This document shows, in pieces, positions 45,811 to 56,875 of a DNA stretch of 64,000 nt (the stretch's first letter is position 1; every line of letters begins with the position of its first letter). The notes under the pieces were generated by a model, which did no database searches, was not told the DNA's origin, and worked only from the letters and a program-made list of their open reading frames with translations. The stretch is taken from assembly GCA_050951545.1 (NCBI GenBank), contig JBMNJG010000012.1:64001-128000 (forward strand), read 5' to 3'. Position numbers and translations under genes: made by a program. Source of the stretch: Limnochordia bacterium (lineage in GTDB: Bacteria > Bacillota > Limnochordia > DTU080).

Positions 45811-46572
45811 CTATGATGCCAGCATGGCGCGCATCTTGCGCAGGACGCGTTGCTCCAGACGCGATATCTGAGGTTGTGAAAGACACAGAGCCTTGGCGAC
45901 ATCAGCTTGCCTCATGTTCTGAAAAAAGCGCAGCGTTACCAGGGTTCGCTCATCTTCACTGAGACTGGTAAGCACTTGCTGCAGAGCCAGATTATCAATG
46001 AGGTGTGGGACTCCTTCATCCGCACCGATTTGGTCCTGCAGGAGAATGGGCTCGCCTTCGTTCTGGTGAATGACCTCCTCTAAGGAGGTGGGGGCCGATG
46101 CTGCCTCTAGTGCAGTGATGACGTCTTCGCGCTCCATGCTGAGCCAGTGCGCGATTTCGCCAGTGGTCGGAGATCGTTCTAGCTCGTGCGTGAGCCGTTC
46201 CCTTGCTTGGGCGACAGCCCACACCTTCTCCTGAAGTGATCGCCCAAGCTTCAAAGGTTGGTCTTGTTGCAGATAGCGACGGATCTCTCCCAGAATGCGG
46301 GGCACTGCATATGTCGAAAAACGCACATCAAAGGATAGGTCGAAGTGATCGATGGCTTTCATCAGACCTAGACAGGCTACCTGGAACAAGTCTTCCGGGT
46401 CTGCACTACGTCCTTTGAAACGGCGTACGATGCTTCGCGCTAGGCGCATGTTGGCATAGACAAGCGTTTCACGCGCATGTGTATCGCCCATTTGAGCTGC
46501 GTGAAGTAGCCGACGCGTCTCTTCAGGCGACAGGTTTGCAGCAGGGAGTTCAGTTGGGCCCGAATACTCCAC
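45811..46572 (-). CDS. sigF: Forespore sigma factor SigF
   Basis: EDLFQV..LGL.KAID.FD, FSTYAVP.ILGEIRR, SQPQISRLE; third gene of spoIIA. Confidence 0.92.
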   Translation of the reverse strand: MEYSGPTELPAANLSPEETRRLLHAAQMGDTHARETLVYANMRLARSIVRRFKGRSADPEDLFQVACLGLMKAIDHFDLSFDVRFSTYAVPRILGEIRRYLQQDQPLKLGRSLQEKVWAVAQARERLTHELERSPTTGEIAHWLSMEREDVITALEAASAPTSLEEVIHQNEGEPILLQDQIGADEGVPHLIDNLALQQVLTSLSEDERTLVTLRFFQNMRQADVAKALCLSQPQISRLEQRVLRKMRAMLAS

Positions 46573-46586
46573 TGGCGACTCCCCCG

Positions 46587-47024
46587 TCAGTGCTCCACCC
46601 TAAGCGCCAGGTTCTTGGTCATTACTACCCGGGTGCCAGCGCCAGGGGTGGAGTCAATCGTGAGCTCGTCCACGTACTCCTTGATGAACACAAACCCTAG
46701 TCCCATCCGGTCGGCAGCGGTTGTAGAACCGGCCTCCATGGCCCACTGGATGTCTTGAATGCCAGGCCCATCGTCGCTCACTGTGATTGTAAGGGCGTCG
46801 TCATACAACCGCACCTCAAGATAGACCATACTAGACTCGTTTCTCTTACCGTGGATCACTGCATTGGAGACGGCCTCCGACACCGCAATCTTGATCTCAT
46901 CAATCTGATCCACAGTGAACTCCATCTGGGAGGCGAAGATGGCCACGGCTGTTCGTGAAAAGCTGACATTGGCGGCGAGGCTCGAAAACTCCAGCTTCAT
47001 GACATTGAGCGGTTGCTTCTCCAC
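46587..47024 (-). CDS. spoIIAB: Anti-sigma F factor SpoIIAB
   Basis: AVSEAVSNAVIHG, D.G.GI, G.GF, GT.V.M.K. Confidence 0.95.
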   Translation of the reverse strand: MEKQPLNVMKLEFSSLAANVSFSRTAVAIFASQMEFTVDQIDEIKIAVSEAVSNAVIHGKRNESSMVYLEVRLYDDALTITVSDDGPGIQDIQWAMEAGSTTAADRMGLGFVFIKEYVDELTIDSTPGAGTRVVMTKNLALRVEH

Positions 47025-47038
47025 TACTTGCACCCCCC

Positions 47039-47374
47039 CTAAAGGCATTCCAGAGCTGATTGCTCTGTTTCAGCCGTCTCCACGACGCGCAGAACACCAG
47101 ACATTTCCATCAGGCGTCTTACAGAAGGCCGTAGCCCCGCGGCCACTACTTTCCCCCGACGCGCTTGGATCAGTCGGTACCTTCCCAGAATCGCTCCGAT
47201 GCCGGAGCTGTCAATGAATGTAACGTTCTTGAGCGCCAGAACTAGGTTGGTACAGCCGTCCTTGGCCAGTTCGACGTCTACAGCCTGGCGGAAGGCTTCA
47301 GCTGTGAACAAGTCGAGCTCTCCAGAGAGACGCACTACCAGACTGGCCCCAACCCTCCGTGTTTGGACCTTCAA
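47039..47374 (-). CDS. spoIIAA: Anti-anti-sigma F factor SpoIIAA
   Basis: STAS domain, GELD, FIDSSGIG.ILGRY. Confidence 0.95.
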   Translation of the reverse strand: MKVQTRRVGASLVVRLSGELDLFTAEAFRQAVDVELAKDGCTNLVLALKNVTFIDSSGIGAILGRYRLIQARRGKVVAAGLRPSVRRLMEMSGVLRVVETAETEQSALECL

Positions 47375-47423
47375 TCTGTCTCCTCCGCTCGCGTTGCCAC
47401 GTCATGTGACATCCTTGCCGCAA

Positions 47424-47476
47424 CGTTCGCTCTTGCCACGCATGACCCTGCAAGGAAAGTCGGAGGAAAGTCAAAA
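47424..47476 (-). promoter_or_regulatory. SigH-like spoIIA promoter with two degenerate Spo0A-box-like repeats
   Basis: GCAGGG-N17-GAAC; upstream direct repeat GACTTTCCT x2 containing AGTCGGA/AGTCAAA (cf. TGTCGAA); spoIIA is SigH/Spo0A-dependent in B. subtilis. Confidence 0.55.
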
Positions 47477-47485
47477 TTGGTGGCG

Positions 47486-48673
47486 TTAGTGCCTGTTGCT
47501 GTTCTGACCTCCAGTGATCTGCCTTACGGTACGCAGCATTATCTGGAGCAAGGATCCCCGTGCAACACTCTCCAAGGCAATCAAGTCGGTGCGGGTCACC
47601 TCTTTACCGTTGAGCTTCACAATCAGTTCGGCTACGGCCTGGCCCTTGCCTATTGGGGCGTTGATTCGTTTTGGTACGGTGATCTCGGTCTGTACTTCTG
47701 CTTCTTCAGTACGTCCGACTGTAAGAATGACATCACGGACGGGACCGACGGCCACCTTCTGCACCTGCCCCTTCGAGACTGGTATCGCACCCACTTCTTC
47801 GCCATGCTTTGCCACCATCACTGCCCGAAGTTGAGCGAAGCCGTGGTCGAGTAGTCGAGCAATGTCTTGATTTCGTTCTTTGCTGGTTGGGGCATTCATC
47901 GTCACCGCAATGAGCCGCAGACTGTCTCGTTCAGCCGTGGCAGCCAAGCAGAAGCCAGCTTCGTTGGTCATCCCAGTTTTGATGCCATCCATGCCAGGGT
48001 ACTGCTTCATCATCTTGTTGAGTGACCACAGCTCGGGTTGCCGTTTCCCTTCGGGACGCATTACCACAGGTCCCCAGGTAGCGACGAGTTCTCGAAACAC
48101 GGGAAGGTCGAGGGCATAACGCGAAAGCACTGCCAGATCATAAGCTGAGGAGACGTGGCGTTGGCCGGGAAATGGCAGGCCACTAGGATTGGCGAAGTGG
48201 GTGTTCTTCATGCCTAGGGCCTTGGCTCTAGCATTCATGAGCGCCACGAATGCAGGCTCGGAGCCTGCCAGAAACTCGCCTACAGCAACGGCAGCGTCGT
48301 TGGCAGACCCTACAGCAATGGCATAGAGCAGCTCCTCAAAAGGCCGCTTTTCTCCTGTCTCCAGCCATATCTGGGTACCGCCCATGCTTGCGGCTAGTTC
48401 GCTGGTGGGAACGCTGGCATTCAAGGCTACCTTCCCATCTCTCAGGGCTTCTAGGGCCAGAGACAGGGTCATCACCTTGGTCACACTTGCCGGAGGTAGG
48501 GGCTCATGTGCATTCTTTTCATACAGCACACGGCCAGTATGGTAGTCCATCAGGACTGCGGCGGCCGATGTGAGCGTCAATTTCGGGTCAGAGGTAACCG
48601 CAGCTTGGGAAACGCTGAAGCAAAGGCACGTAAGAAGCAGACCTATCACAAGAGGGGTCCGCATACTTACCAT
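47486..48673 (-). CDS. dacF: D-alanyl-D-alanine carboxypeptidase DacF
   Basis: SVTK, SAN, KTG motifs; immediately upstream of spoIIA. Confidence 0.9.
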   Translation of the reverse strand: MVSMRTPLVIGLLLTCLCFSVSQAAVTSDPKLTLTSAAAVLMDYHTGRVLYEKNAHEPLPPASVTKVMTLSLALEALRDGKVALNASVPTSELAASMGGTQIWLETGEKRPFEELLYAIAVGSANDAAVAVGEFLAGSEPAFVALMNARAKALGMKNTHFANPSGLPFPGQRHVSSAYDLAVLSRYALDLPVFRELVATWGPVVMRPEGKRQPELWSLNKMMKQYPGMDGIKTGMTNEAGFCLAATAERDSLRLIAVTMNAPTSKERNQDIARLLDHGFAQLRAVMVAKHGEEVGAIPVSKGQVQKVAVGPVRDVILTVGRTEEAEVQTEITVPKRINAPIGKGQAVAELIVKLNGKEVTRTDLIALESVARGSLLQIMLRTVRQITGGQNSNRH

Positions 48674-48721
48674 AGCGTTGGCCTCCTTTTGTCGGTTGTG
48701 CGAAGAGAAGTGCTCGGAGAA

Positions 48722-48750
48722 ATGCTATGCGACAAAAGTGCGGCCTATGA
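48722..48750 (-). promoter_or_regulatory. Sporulation sigma (SigE-like) promoter upstream of dacF
   Basis: TCATA-N16-CATAGCAT. Confidence 0.45.
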
Positions 48751-48763
48751 TTTCGCCTCTTGT

Positions 48764-50089
48764 TCAGTGAGAGGCAATACGCGCCAGAACCAAAGGCGTG
48801 GGTAGCGGGGGTTGTTCCCCGATCTCGATAGACTGTGTGATAGCCCGCGTGGCCTCCGCTGCTTGGGAAGCACGCAGGGCATGCACTTGCGCTAGGGGCT
48901 CCCCAGCCTCGATGTGTTCGCCTACTTTGCGGATCCGATCGACACCCACAGAAAGCTCGATAGCATCGTCTTTTGTTTCCCTACCCGCACCGAGCTTCAT
49001 AGCTATGCGGCCAATGGCGAAAGCGTCCACAGACTGAATGTACCCGCTCTGTGAGGCGATGGCCTCCTGTCGCACGGGAGCCAGGGGTAGCCTTTTTGTG
49101 TCGTACACGGCAGCGGCATCGCCTCCTTGGGCAGCGACCATCTCCGCCAGCTTGTCGAGGGCTGCTCCGGAGGCCAGGGCTCTTTCGAGACGTTGGCCAG
49201 CCCTTGCCATCTCAGTATCGATGCCTCCTAAGACGACCATCTCCGCGCCAAGAGTCAGGCAAAGTTCGCGAAGGTCGGCAGGTCCTTCATCTCTCAGCGC
49301 ATCCAAGGCTTCTCTAACCTCCAATGCATTGCCCACAGTCCGCCCCAATGGTTGAGACATGTCTGTTATCAGTGCCACAGCCCGTCGACCGTTCTGTCGT
49401 GCAATCTCCACCATGGTACCAGCTAGCTGCTGCCCGGCATCCAGAGTTCTCGCAAAGGCTCCCCTACCGACTTTCACGTCGAGAACAAACGCATCAGCAC
49501 CTGCTGCTAACTTCTTGCTGATCACGCTGGCGGCGATCAGCGGAATACTGTCGACCGTAGCCGTGACATCGCGCAAGGCATAGAGTTGTCTATCAGCAGG
49601 GGCCAGATCAGCCGTCTGGCCCGTGATAGCCACGCCGATCGCGGCCACTTGGGCGGCAAACTGTTCGTGTGATATCGTCACGCGCATACCTGGAAACGAT
49701 TCCAGTTTGTCTAGGGTTCCTCCAGTATGGCCCAGACCTCTACCTGCCATCTTGGCTACTGGCACGCCTACAGAAGCTACCAGAGGGGCTAGGACCAGCG
49801 TAGTCTTGTCTCCTACCCCTCCGGTGGAGTGCTTGTCGACCTTCACTCCTGGAATCTGCGAGAGATCAAGGCACTCGCCTGAAGACGCCATGGCGGAAGT
49901 AAGCCACGAGGTCTCTGTTGGCGTCATGCCTCGCAGGTAGACAGCCATTAACCACGCTGCCACTTGGTAATCAGGAATGGTACCTGAGGCCACACCACTG
50001 ACAAAGGTCTCAATCTCATCGGCGGTATGTTCGAGTCCGTCTCGCTTTTTCTGTAGCATGTCGTAGATACGTATGGTCTGTGCCTTCAC
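48764..50089 (-). CDS. pdp: Pyrimidine-nucleoside (thymidine) phosphorylase
   Basis: [37 protein letters not shown]. Confidence 0.96.
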   Translation of the reverse strand: MKAQTIRIYDMLQKKRDGLEHTADEIETFVSGVASGTIPDYQVAAWLMAVYLRGMTPTETSWLTSAMASSGECLDLSQIPGVKVDKHSTGGVGDKTTLVLAPLVASVGVPVAKMAGRGLGHTGGTLDKLESFPGMRVTISHEQFAAQVAAIGVAITGQTADLAPADRQLYALRDVTATVDSIPLIAASVISKKLAAGADAFVLDVKVGRGAFARTLDAGQQLAGTMVEIARQNGRRAVALITDMSQPLGRTVGNALEVREALDALRDEGPADLRELCLTLGAEMVVLGGIDTEMARAGQRLERALASGAALDKLAEMVAAQGGDAAAVYDTKRLPLAPVRQEAIASQSGYIQSVDAFAIGRIAMKLGAGRETKDDAIELSVGVDRIRKVGEHIEAGEPLAQVHALRASQAAEATRAITQSIEIGEQPPLPTPLVLARIASH

Positions 50090-51249
50090 AGGAAACTCCT
50101 TCCTGGTCCTGGGTTCGGTACACCAAAGATCACAGCCAGGCTTGCTGCCACATCAGAAAAGCTCTCGCGCACACCAAGTGCCCGTCCGGGGCGGCAAGCC
50201 GAACCGAAGAGAATCAATGGCACATACTCCCGCGAATGGTCGGTCCCCGGGGTGGTGGGATCACAGCCGTGGTCAGCGAGGAGAATCAGCACGTCGTCAT
50301 CTTTGAGGGCCCGTAGGATCTCAGGAAGGCGAGCATCGAGTTCCTCCAAGCCCCGAGCGTAGCCACCAACATCATTGCGATGGCCCCAGAGCATGTCGAA
50401 ATCAACGCAGTTGGCGAAGATGAGGCCACTCTGCTTCAGTTCGGCCATGAACCGAAGCGTGACGTCAATAGTCTCCATGTTATGGCGCGTGTGAAGAGCT
50501 CTGGTCACCCCCCGACCAGCAAAGATGTCGCTGATTTTCCCGACCGCCCACACCTCATGCTTGGCTTCGTAGAGCAGGTCCAGAATCGTCGGCTGGGGTG
50601 GTGCTAAGCTGAAATCACGCCGGTTGGGGGTGCGGGTGAAATTCCCTGGTGAGCCGATGAAGGGGCGAGCAATCACACGAGCGACGGCATGAGCCCCCTT
50701 CAGAATGGATCTGGCTGATACACAGAGTTGATACAGCTCCTCAAGCGCTATGATGCTCTCGTGGGCGGCGATCTGGAAGACACTGTCGACTGAGGTGTAG
50801 ACGATAGGCCAACCCGTTCGAAGATGCTCTGCACCGAGTTCATCAAGGATCTCAGTCCCAGAAGCCACTTTGTTGCCGAGCACCTTGTAGCCTGTGGCCG
50901 ATGCCAGGGAACCGATCACTTCGGCGGGAAATCCATGGGGATAGGTGGGAAACGGCTTGTCCAAGACGATCCCAGCGATCTCCCAATGGCCAGTTGTGGT
51001 GTCCTTTCCGGGAGAGAGAGGTGCCATCTTGCCATAGGCACCCATGGGGGCCTCGATAGGACCAACTCCTCGGATGGGGACGATGTTTCCCAGGCCCAGC
51101 GCCGCCAGATGCGGCAAGCGCAAACGCACTTGGCGGGCGATATTACCCAAGGTGTTGCTGCCCTCATCGCCGTACTTCGCGGCATCGGGTGATGCCCCGA
51201 CACCGACGGAGTCCAAGACGATCATTATTACACGCGAGATTCGATGCAT
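50086..51249 (-). CDS. deoB: Phosphopentomutase
   Basis: [43 protein letters not shown]. Confidence 0.96.
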   Translation of the reverse strand: MHRISRVIMIVLDSVGVGASPDAAKYGDEGSNTLGNIARQVRLRLPHLAALGLGNIVPIRGVGPIEAPMGAYGKMAPLSPGKDTTTGHWEIAGIVLDKPFPTYPHGFPAEVIGSLASATGYKVLGNKVASGTEILDELGAEHLRTGWPIVYTSVDSVFQIAAHESIIALEELYQLCVSARSILKGAHAVARVIARPFIGSPGNFTRTPNRRDFSLAPPQPTILDLLYEAKHEVWAVGKISDIFAGRGVTRALHTRHNMETIDVTLRFMAELKQSGLIFANCVDFDMLWGHRNDVGGYARGLEELDARLPEILRALKDDDVLILLADHGCDPTTPGTDHSREYVPLILFGSACRPGRALGVRESFSDVAASLAVIFGVPNPGPGRSFL

Positions 51250-51324
51250 ATGTCATGCCCCTCGTCACCAAGACTCGTATTCCATTAGGGTTTCGCCACT
51301 TGCTGCAGGCTATCCTTGACGTCG

Positions 51325-51984
51325 TCACACGCCTCGTAGCAAGTAGCGAGCGGCGACAGCAGTTAGCGTGGGGCTGACAAAAGACTCTACAAGACTACCG
51401 ATGAAGAGCAGCGTGCAGCCTAGTAGTCCTAGCCCCCCTTCCCTGCGAAGGTGATGGTAGATGGTGATTCCTCGAGATCGGCCAAAGACGGTACGGGCGA
51501 GCTCCAACGAAAAGGCGATGGCTCCTACCGCGCAGAACAGAAGTCCGGGAATGAGCACTAGGTTCTGCGGCAGCAGAGCAACCAGGCCTAGCGCGGCTCC
51601 CCGCAACAGGAGATCGTCAATGAGAAAGCCTAGCGTAAAGCCCAAAACAAAGCCGCGAAGAAAGACCACCGCAGCAATCAGAGGAACGCCAATCACCGAA
51701 AGGCCCAGCAACCACAGCAGCCCAGCAGTCTTTAGCACGTCCTGAGCGGCCATCCATTGCCAACCACTGCCTGGAGCGGTTCCTTCCACAGTTAGACTGC
51801 GCAGAAGCTGCTCCAGGAATTGGGACAACTCCTGATGCCCAGGTGCGTTCAGGCTTCTCACTGACAAGCCACCTGCGAGAACGCCTATCACTAGGACGAC
51901 AAGAACCACGGCGAAAAGAAACATGCGTGGTCGGATCGTATCAGTCATCCAGTTGTTGGCAGAGCGTCTTCCCCATGTGGCCAA
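51325..51984 (-). CDS. spoIIM: Stage II sporulation protein M
   Basis: GLSVIG.P...VFLRGF.LGFT.GFL, LPQNL, VES..SP; canonical position. Confidence 0.9.
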   Translation of the reverse strand: MATWGRRSANNWMTDTIRPRMFLFAVVLVVLVIGVLAGGLSVRSLNAPGHQELSQFLEQLLRSLTVEGTAPGSGWQWMAAQDVLKTAGLLWLLGLSVIGVPLIAAVVFLRGFVLGFTLGFLIDDLLLRGAALGLVALLPQNLVLIPGLLFCAVGAIAFSLELARTVFGRSRGITIYHHLRREGGLGLLGCTLLFIGSLVESFVSPTLTAVAARYLLRGV

Positions 51985-52006
51985 GGAACAGCCCCCCTAC
52001 TGTCAC

Positions 52007-52036
52007 ATGGTATGCGTTGGGGGGGCTACTGTATGT
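52007..52036 (-). promoter_or_regulatory. SigE-like promoter of spoIIM
   Basis: ACATA-N17-CATACCAT; spoIIM is SigE-dependent in B. subtilis. Confidence 0.6.
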
Positions 52037-52047
52037 GCTGTCGCAGT

Positions 52048-53124
52048 TCAGCACTTCATTGACAAGCGGGCTGCCACTTGGCCTGCAGCCGCGCCAGCCG
52101 CGAAGAAGGCTGGGTCTTGCGCTGGGCTTCGGCCCATTGATGACACTCTCACTTTCGCTTCCGCCAGTTGCTGATCTACGTCTATAACGTCTTCCCACAG
52201 TAGCCTGTGCTTAGGTATTAGCTGATGTTGACGGCACTGGGCGAGGATGATCTCCGTCTGCTCAGCACTCAGCACAGGGAGCACGATCGTTGTAGGACGT
52301 TGGGTCAAGCGACCCAAGGCGGTGCAGGAATGATGTGAGAGGCCCTGATGCCGTGGCCGGGGGTCTACGAAACTAAGACGAGGCAAGGCGAGAGAACATG
52401 CCCCTAGTGCGCTTGCGCCGTCCAAAATGGGGGCTTGTTCTAGGGCGGTTGTGCCTAAGGGTGTCCCTGTGCCCACTACTCCTGGTCCCATGGCTACAAT
52501 GCAGGCTTGGGCCTGGACGACGTGATGTGCGGTCTGTAGCGCAGAGTAGACTGTGACAGCCTCCAGATCGCCACCGAAGGCATGTCCACAGGTGATGATG
52601 GCATCTAGCCAACCCTCACGGCGGAGATGCTGCGCAAGCCGGCTGAGCTGAGCGGGAAGAGCAGCGCCGTCTGTCATCACATAAGCTAGCCGAGCAGAGG
52701 GGGCGGTGCGTTTGAACGCCACTGCAAAAGGGGCTATCAAGCTGTGGAGCGTGGCTACGCTCACCGGTAGGTTATCCAGAGAGCATTGTAGACAGAGCGT
52801 GTCATGATACGGACTAGCTTCCTCCTCCACTGCCAACACTTGGACTTGGCTGGGAGTATAACGTACCTTCATGATGTGCCCCTTGCCGCTTAGGTCTTTC
52901 TCTGCGCCTGCAATAGCCATCACAAAATGCTGACCGCCAGTACCGAGGCTTAGGGCTACTGCAGAGGTGTTGAGAGTGACTTGATCTCCAGCGGCGGCCA
53001 CACCTACCAGCGGTGGGAAACTCACAGCTTCGAATTCGGCGCCCTCGACCAGCACGCGCAGCAGCTGTCTATGGCTTGTTTCCTCAATGACCGAGAGAAC
53101 TTCACCACAACGGACTCGGATCAC
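52048..53124 (-). CDS. DUF3866 family protein
   Basis: LNTSAV.L.LGTGG, GHIMK.RYTP.Q, LHS, MTDGAALP, GHAFGGDLEA, MGPG.VGTGT. Confidence 0.9.
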   Translation of the reverse strand: MIRVRCGEVLSVIEETSHRQLLRVLVEGAEFEAVSFPPLVGVAAAGDQVTLNTSAVALSLGTGGQHFVMAIAGAEKDLSGKGHIMKVRYTPSQVQVLAVEEEASPYHDTLCLQCSLDNLPVSVATLHSLIAPFAVAFKRTAPSARLAYVMTDGAALPAQLSRLAQHLRREGWLDAIITCGHAFGGDLEAVTVYSALQTAHHVVQAQACIVAMGPGVVGTGTPLGTTALEQAPILDGASALGACSLALPRLSFVDPRPRHQGLSHHSCTALGRLTQRPTTIVLPVLSAEQTEIILAQCRQHQLIPKHRLLWEDVIDVDQQLAEAKVRVSSMGRSPAQDPAFFAAGAAAGQVAARLSMKC

Positions 53125-53205
53125 TCCTGGCCTACACCCTCTCCGTTTTGATCATCAGACCAACAAAGAAGATGAGCAGGTCTGCACCTGCTCAACCGCC
53201 TCTGT

Positions 53206-55407
53206 CTATGAGCGACGGCGTGAGGAATCGCCTCCGCCTCGCCGCCCTCCGTCACGACGCTGTGGTCGGCTTGGGCGACGCTGCTCGTCTTCTTGAGGGG
53301 CCGCATCGGGGTCAGGTTCCAGTGTGTCTTTTCGTGACAGATTGATCCGTCCCATCTGGTCAATCTCTATTACCTTGACAGTGACCTCGTCCCCAACATT
53401 CACGACATCCTCAACTCGCCCAACCCGCTCATGCGCCAACTTCGAGATGTGTACTAAGCCCTCTTTGCCTGGCAGTACCTCCACAAAGGCGCCGAAGTTG
53501 AGCACTCTGGTCACCTTGCCAGTGTAGATCTTGCCGACTTCTACTTCGGCAGTGAGGTTGCGGATCCACTCAATGGCCCGGAGGCTACCATCTTCATCAG
53601 TCGAGGCTACAAAGACTCTGCCATCATCCTCTACATCAATGGCCACACCTGTCTCCTCGATGATCTTGCGAATCACCTTACCTCCAGGGCCGATGACATC
53701 GCGAATCTTGTCAACGGGAATCTGAAGGGTACGAATGCGTGGCGCCCACGGGGAGAGCTCTGCGCGTGGTTCCGTGATAGCCTCTTGCATACGCTCGAGA
53801 ATGAACAGACGTCCCTTGAGTGCTTGTTGCAGGGCCTGACGCAGAATCTCTTTCGTGACGCCAGTTATCTTGATGTCCATCTGCAGGGCTGTTATACCTT
53901 CGCTTGTACCAGCCACTTTGAAGTCCATATCGCCGAGATGGTCTTCCATACCCTGAATGTCGGTGAGTATAGCAAAGCGGTCACCGTCTCTGGAGGTGAT
54001 CAGGCCCATGGCAATACCAGCCACGGGTCTTTTGATTGGGACTCCGGCGTCCATCAAGGCCAGTGTTGAACCACAGACGCTGGCTTGGGAGGAAGAGCCG
54101 TTTGACTCCAGGACCTCTGATACCAGACGCAGTGTGTAGGGGAATTCCTCTTCTGACGGGATCACGGGCAGAAGAGCTCGTTCGGCTAGGGCTCCGTGCC
54201 CTATCTCACGCCGCCCCGGTGAACGGGCTGGTCTCGTTTCGCCTACGCTGTAGGCCGGGAAGTTGTAGTGGTGTATGTAGCGCTTGCGGTCTTCCTCGCT
54301 CAGTGTATCGATGATTTGCTCGTCCGACTTCAGCCCCAAGGTGCAGACCGTGCAGACCTGTGTCTGGCCCCGAGTGAAAATGCCAGTACCGTGAGCGCGA
54401 GGTAGCACCCCTACTTCGCAGCGGATGCTGCGGATCTCATCAAGAGCTCGACCGTCTGGCCGCACATTGTCGATAGCGATCATGTGTCGGACTTCTTCTT
54501 TAAGCAATGCATCGAATGCGTAGGCGGTCTCTTGGCGGTGAGCCAGCAGTTCCTCCTCACCATGCAGTTCAGTGTATGCCCCTACGAGATCGTCCTTGAC
54601 TCGCGCAATCTGCTCCTCGCGGTCTTGCTTGTCCGAATTCTTGATAGCTTCACGAAGTTTGGTGCCGATGGTCTGCCGCACCCACTGTTCAAGCTCGCTG
54701 TCGACGTTGTAGAGCGGGACCTCAATCTTTGGCTGCCCCACTTCTTGACGCATGGTGTCAAGAGCAGCGATGACGCGTCGCACCTGCTCATGTCCGAACA
54801 TGATCGCCTCAAGCATCGTCTCTTCATCGACTTCGTTGGCCCCGGCCTCTACCATGTTGACAGCGTCTCGGGTGCCAGCAACTACGAGGTCAATATCGCT
54901 CTGAGCCGCCTGGGCAGTTGTGGGGTTGACCACGAACTTGCCGTCTACCCGCGCCACTTGCACGCCAGCTATGGGGCCGAGAAATGGGATGTCTGAAATA
55001 CTCAGCGCAGCTGAGGCTCCAATCATAGCTGCGATGGCTGGTGAGTTGTCATGATCAACGGACATGACTGTAGCAACCACCTGCACATCGTTGAGAAAAC
55101 CCTCCGGGAACAACGGGCGGATAGCGCGGTCGATAAGGCGTGCAGACAACACAGCACCCTCTGCCGGTCGTCCTTCCCTACGGAACCAACTACCCGGGAT
55201 TTTTCCGATGGCATACATCCGCTCTTCATAGTCGACTAGCAGCGGAAAGAAATCGATGCCCTCACGCACATCGGACATCGTGGCAGTCACAAGTACCACA
55301 GTGTCACCATAGCGTACCAGGACACTGCCATTTGCTTGGCCAGCTAACCTGCCTGTCTCCAGGCTAAGCTGTCTTCCACCAAGTTCGAGATCTAACACAT
55401 AAGCCAT
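53206..55407 (-). CDS. pnp: Polyribonucleotide nucleotidyltransferase
   Basis: [33 protein letters not shown] and S1 domains. Confidence 0.98.
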   Translation of the reverse strand: MAYVLDLELGGRQLSLETGRLAGQANGSVLVRYGDTVVLVTATMSDVREGIDFFPLLVDYEERMYAIGKIPGSWFRREGRPAEGAVLSARLIDRAIRPLFPEGFLNDVQVVATVMSVDHDNSPAIAAMIGASAALSISDIPFLGPIAGVQVARVDGKFVVNPTTAQAAQSDIDLVVAGTRDAVNMVEAGANEVDEETMLEAIMFGHEQVRRVIAALDTMRQEVGQPKIEVPLYNVDSELEQWVRQTIGTKLREAIKNSDKQDREEQIARVKDDLVGAYTELHGEEELLAHRQETAYAFDALLKEEVRHMIAIDNVRPDGRALDEIRSIRCEVGVLPRAHGTGIFTRGQTQVCTVCTLGLKSDEQIIDTLSEEDRKRYIHHYNFPAYSVGETRPARSPGRREIGHGALAERALLPVIPSEEEFPYTLRLVSEVLESNGSSSQASVCGSTLALMDAGVPIKRPVAGIAMGLITSRDGDRFAILTDIQGMEDHLGDMDFKVAGTSEGITALQMDIKITGVTKEILRQALQQALKGRLFILERMQEAITEPRAELSPWAPRIRTLQIPVDKIRDVIGPGGKVIRKIIEETGVAIDVEDDGRVFVASTDEDGSLRAIEWIRNLTAEVEVGKIYTGKVTRVLNFGAFVEVLPGKEGLVHISKLAHERVGRVEDVVNVGDEVTVKVIEIDQMGRINLSRKDTLEPDPDAAPQEDEQRRPSRPQRRDGGRRGGGDSSRRRS

Positions 55408-55490
55408 TATGGGCAACCCTCCTACGGGGTATCGCTTGAGGCGCGCTGGTCCACTCGAGTCTAGTATGGACCAGCGGGTCCTTGTCATAC

Positions 55491-55518
55491 AAAAAGGGGG
55501 CGGGTCGCCCCCGCCCCT
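55491..55518 (-). terminator. rpsO terminator
   Basis: GGGGCGGG...CCCGCCCC followed by TTTTT on the - strand. Confidence 0.8.
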
Positions 55519-55519
55519 A

Positions 55520-55786
55520 CTAGCGCCGGAGTCCTAGGCGTTCAATAAGGGTCCTGTATCGTACTACGTCTTTCTTCTCAAGGTAATTGAGCAGTCCGCG
55601 TCGCTGGCCAATCAGGGAATAAAGACCACGACGAGAGTGATGGTCATTCTCGTTGGCACGTAGATGCTCAGAAAGATGAGTGATTCGCCAGGTGAGAAGG
55701 GCAATCTGCACTTCGGGGGAACCCGTATCGGTCTCATGGGTTCCATACTCCGCGATTATCTGTTGCTTCTGTTCCTTAGGCAGCAC
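55520..55786 (-). CDS. rpsO: 30S ribosomal protein S15
   Basis: [29 protein letters not shown]. Confidence 0.98.
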   Translation of the reverse strand: MLPKEQKQQIIAEYGTHETDTGSPEVQIALLTWRITHLSEHLRANENDHHSRRGLYSLIGQRRGLLNYLEKKDVVRYRTLIERLGLRR

Positions 55787-55799
55787 CTGTTCGTCCTCC

Positions 55800-55875
55800 T
55801 ATAATCAGGCCAATCACTGGCCCGTAATCGCCCTAGGCCACGGCGGGTAATCACAACCCTAGCCAAGGGTTCCAC
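55800..55875 (-). promoter_or_regulatory. S15 autoregulatory mRNA leader (Firmicutes type)
   Basis: GAACC..TGGCTAGG...CCTAGG..CG...GGG directly upstream of the rpsO RBS, resembling the Firmicute S15 leader. Confidence 0.55.
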
Positions 55876-56875
55876 TCGATAAGTCTATCATGCTCTGGCA
55901 GCCGTGTAAACGCAAGAAACGCAGAAACTCTCTTGCTGCAGTGACATCTTGACCAATCTGCTCCTGTAGTTCCTGTGCTGAAGCGAAGCGGATTGGTGGC
56001 CGAAGGCGATGATACAGACGCACCTCCAGGTGCTGACCATATAGGTCACCTCCAAAGTCGAGGACGTGGCTCTCTATCGTGATGTGGCGGCCATCGAATG
56101 TGGGCTGCTGGCTTACCGCTGTAACCGCATCACCGATAAGACTGGTTCCCTCAAGGCCGTTGTTGAGGCGTCTCACCTCTGAGACATACACTCCCTTGCT
56201 AGGCAGAATCTGTCGCCGATGACAGGCAATGTTGGCCGTAGGAAAACCCAGCTGGCGGCCGCGTGCATCACCCTTGCCCACGCGGCCCACAAGAGCGAAC
56301 GGTCTTCCAAGCATGTCAGCAGCAGGCTCCATCTCACCACCTGTTACCGATTGACGGATGCGCGTGCTCGAGATCTGGCCTAAGGCAGTGACCACTGCGG
56401 GGACGACCGTGACCCGAACCTGCAGGGGACGGGCCAGCGTTCGCAAGGTATCGACGTTCCCGCTACCGCCTCGACCAAAGGTGTAGTTGAAGCCTACCAC
56501 GATGCCGCGACACCCTAGACCCTGCACTAGTACCTGTTCCACGAATTCTGAGGGAGAGAGCTTAGCCAACGACCAGTCAAAGCGTATGTTAACGACACGG
56601 TCCACATAGCGCCGCAACAGTCGGATTCGTTCATGGGGGGGCGTCAAGATCAGGGGTGCCTCGTGTGGGCAGAGCAGCTCGAGAGGAAGACGGTCAAAGG
56701 TCAGTGCTACACTCTCCAGGCCGAGCGCTCGTGCCTGGCGTGTGGCGTCGTTCAGAATGGCTACGTGACCTCGGTGTACTCCATCGAAGGTGCCCAGGGC
56801 CACTACGCATGGTGCACGTCGCAGCGCACCAGCCCGAATGGCAGTGAGATCAGTTCCCTCTGAGTAGGTACTCAT
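55859..56875 (-). CDS. ribF: Bifunctional riboflavin kinase/FAD synthetase
   Basis: G.FDGVHRGH, ISST.IR, GRQLGFPTAN, GVY, E.H.LDF.GDLYG. Confidence 0.96.
   Translation of the reverse strand: MSTYSEGTDLTAIRAGALRRAPCVVALGTFDGVHRGHVAILNDATRQARALGLESVALTFDRLPLELLCPHEAPLILTPPHERIRLLRRYVDRVVNIRFDWSLAKLSPSEFVEQVLVQGLGCRGIVVGFNYTFGRGGSGNVDTLRTLARPLQVRVTVVPAVVTALGQISSTRIRQSVTGGEMEPAADMLGRPFALVGRVGKGDARGRQLGFPTANIACHRRQILPSKGVYVSEVRRLNNGLEGTSLIGDAVTAVSQQPTFDGRHITIESHVLDFGGDLYGQHLEVRLYHRLRPPIRFASAQELQEQIGQDVTAAREFLRFLRLHGCQSMIDLSSGTLG

Noticed and set aside
48236-48245. CATGAGCGCC in dacF matching the motif's 5' arm
   Set aside because: Isolated 10-mer inside a coding sequence with no flanking similarity
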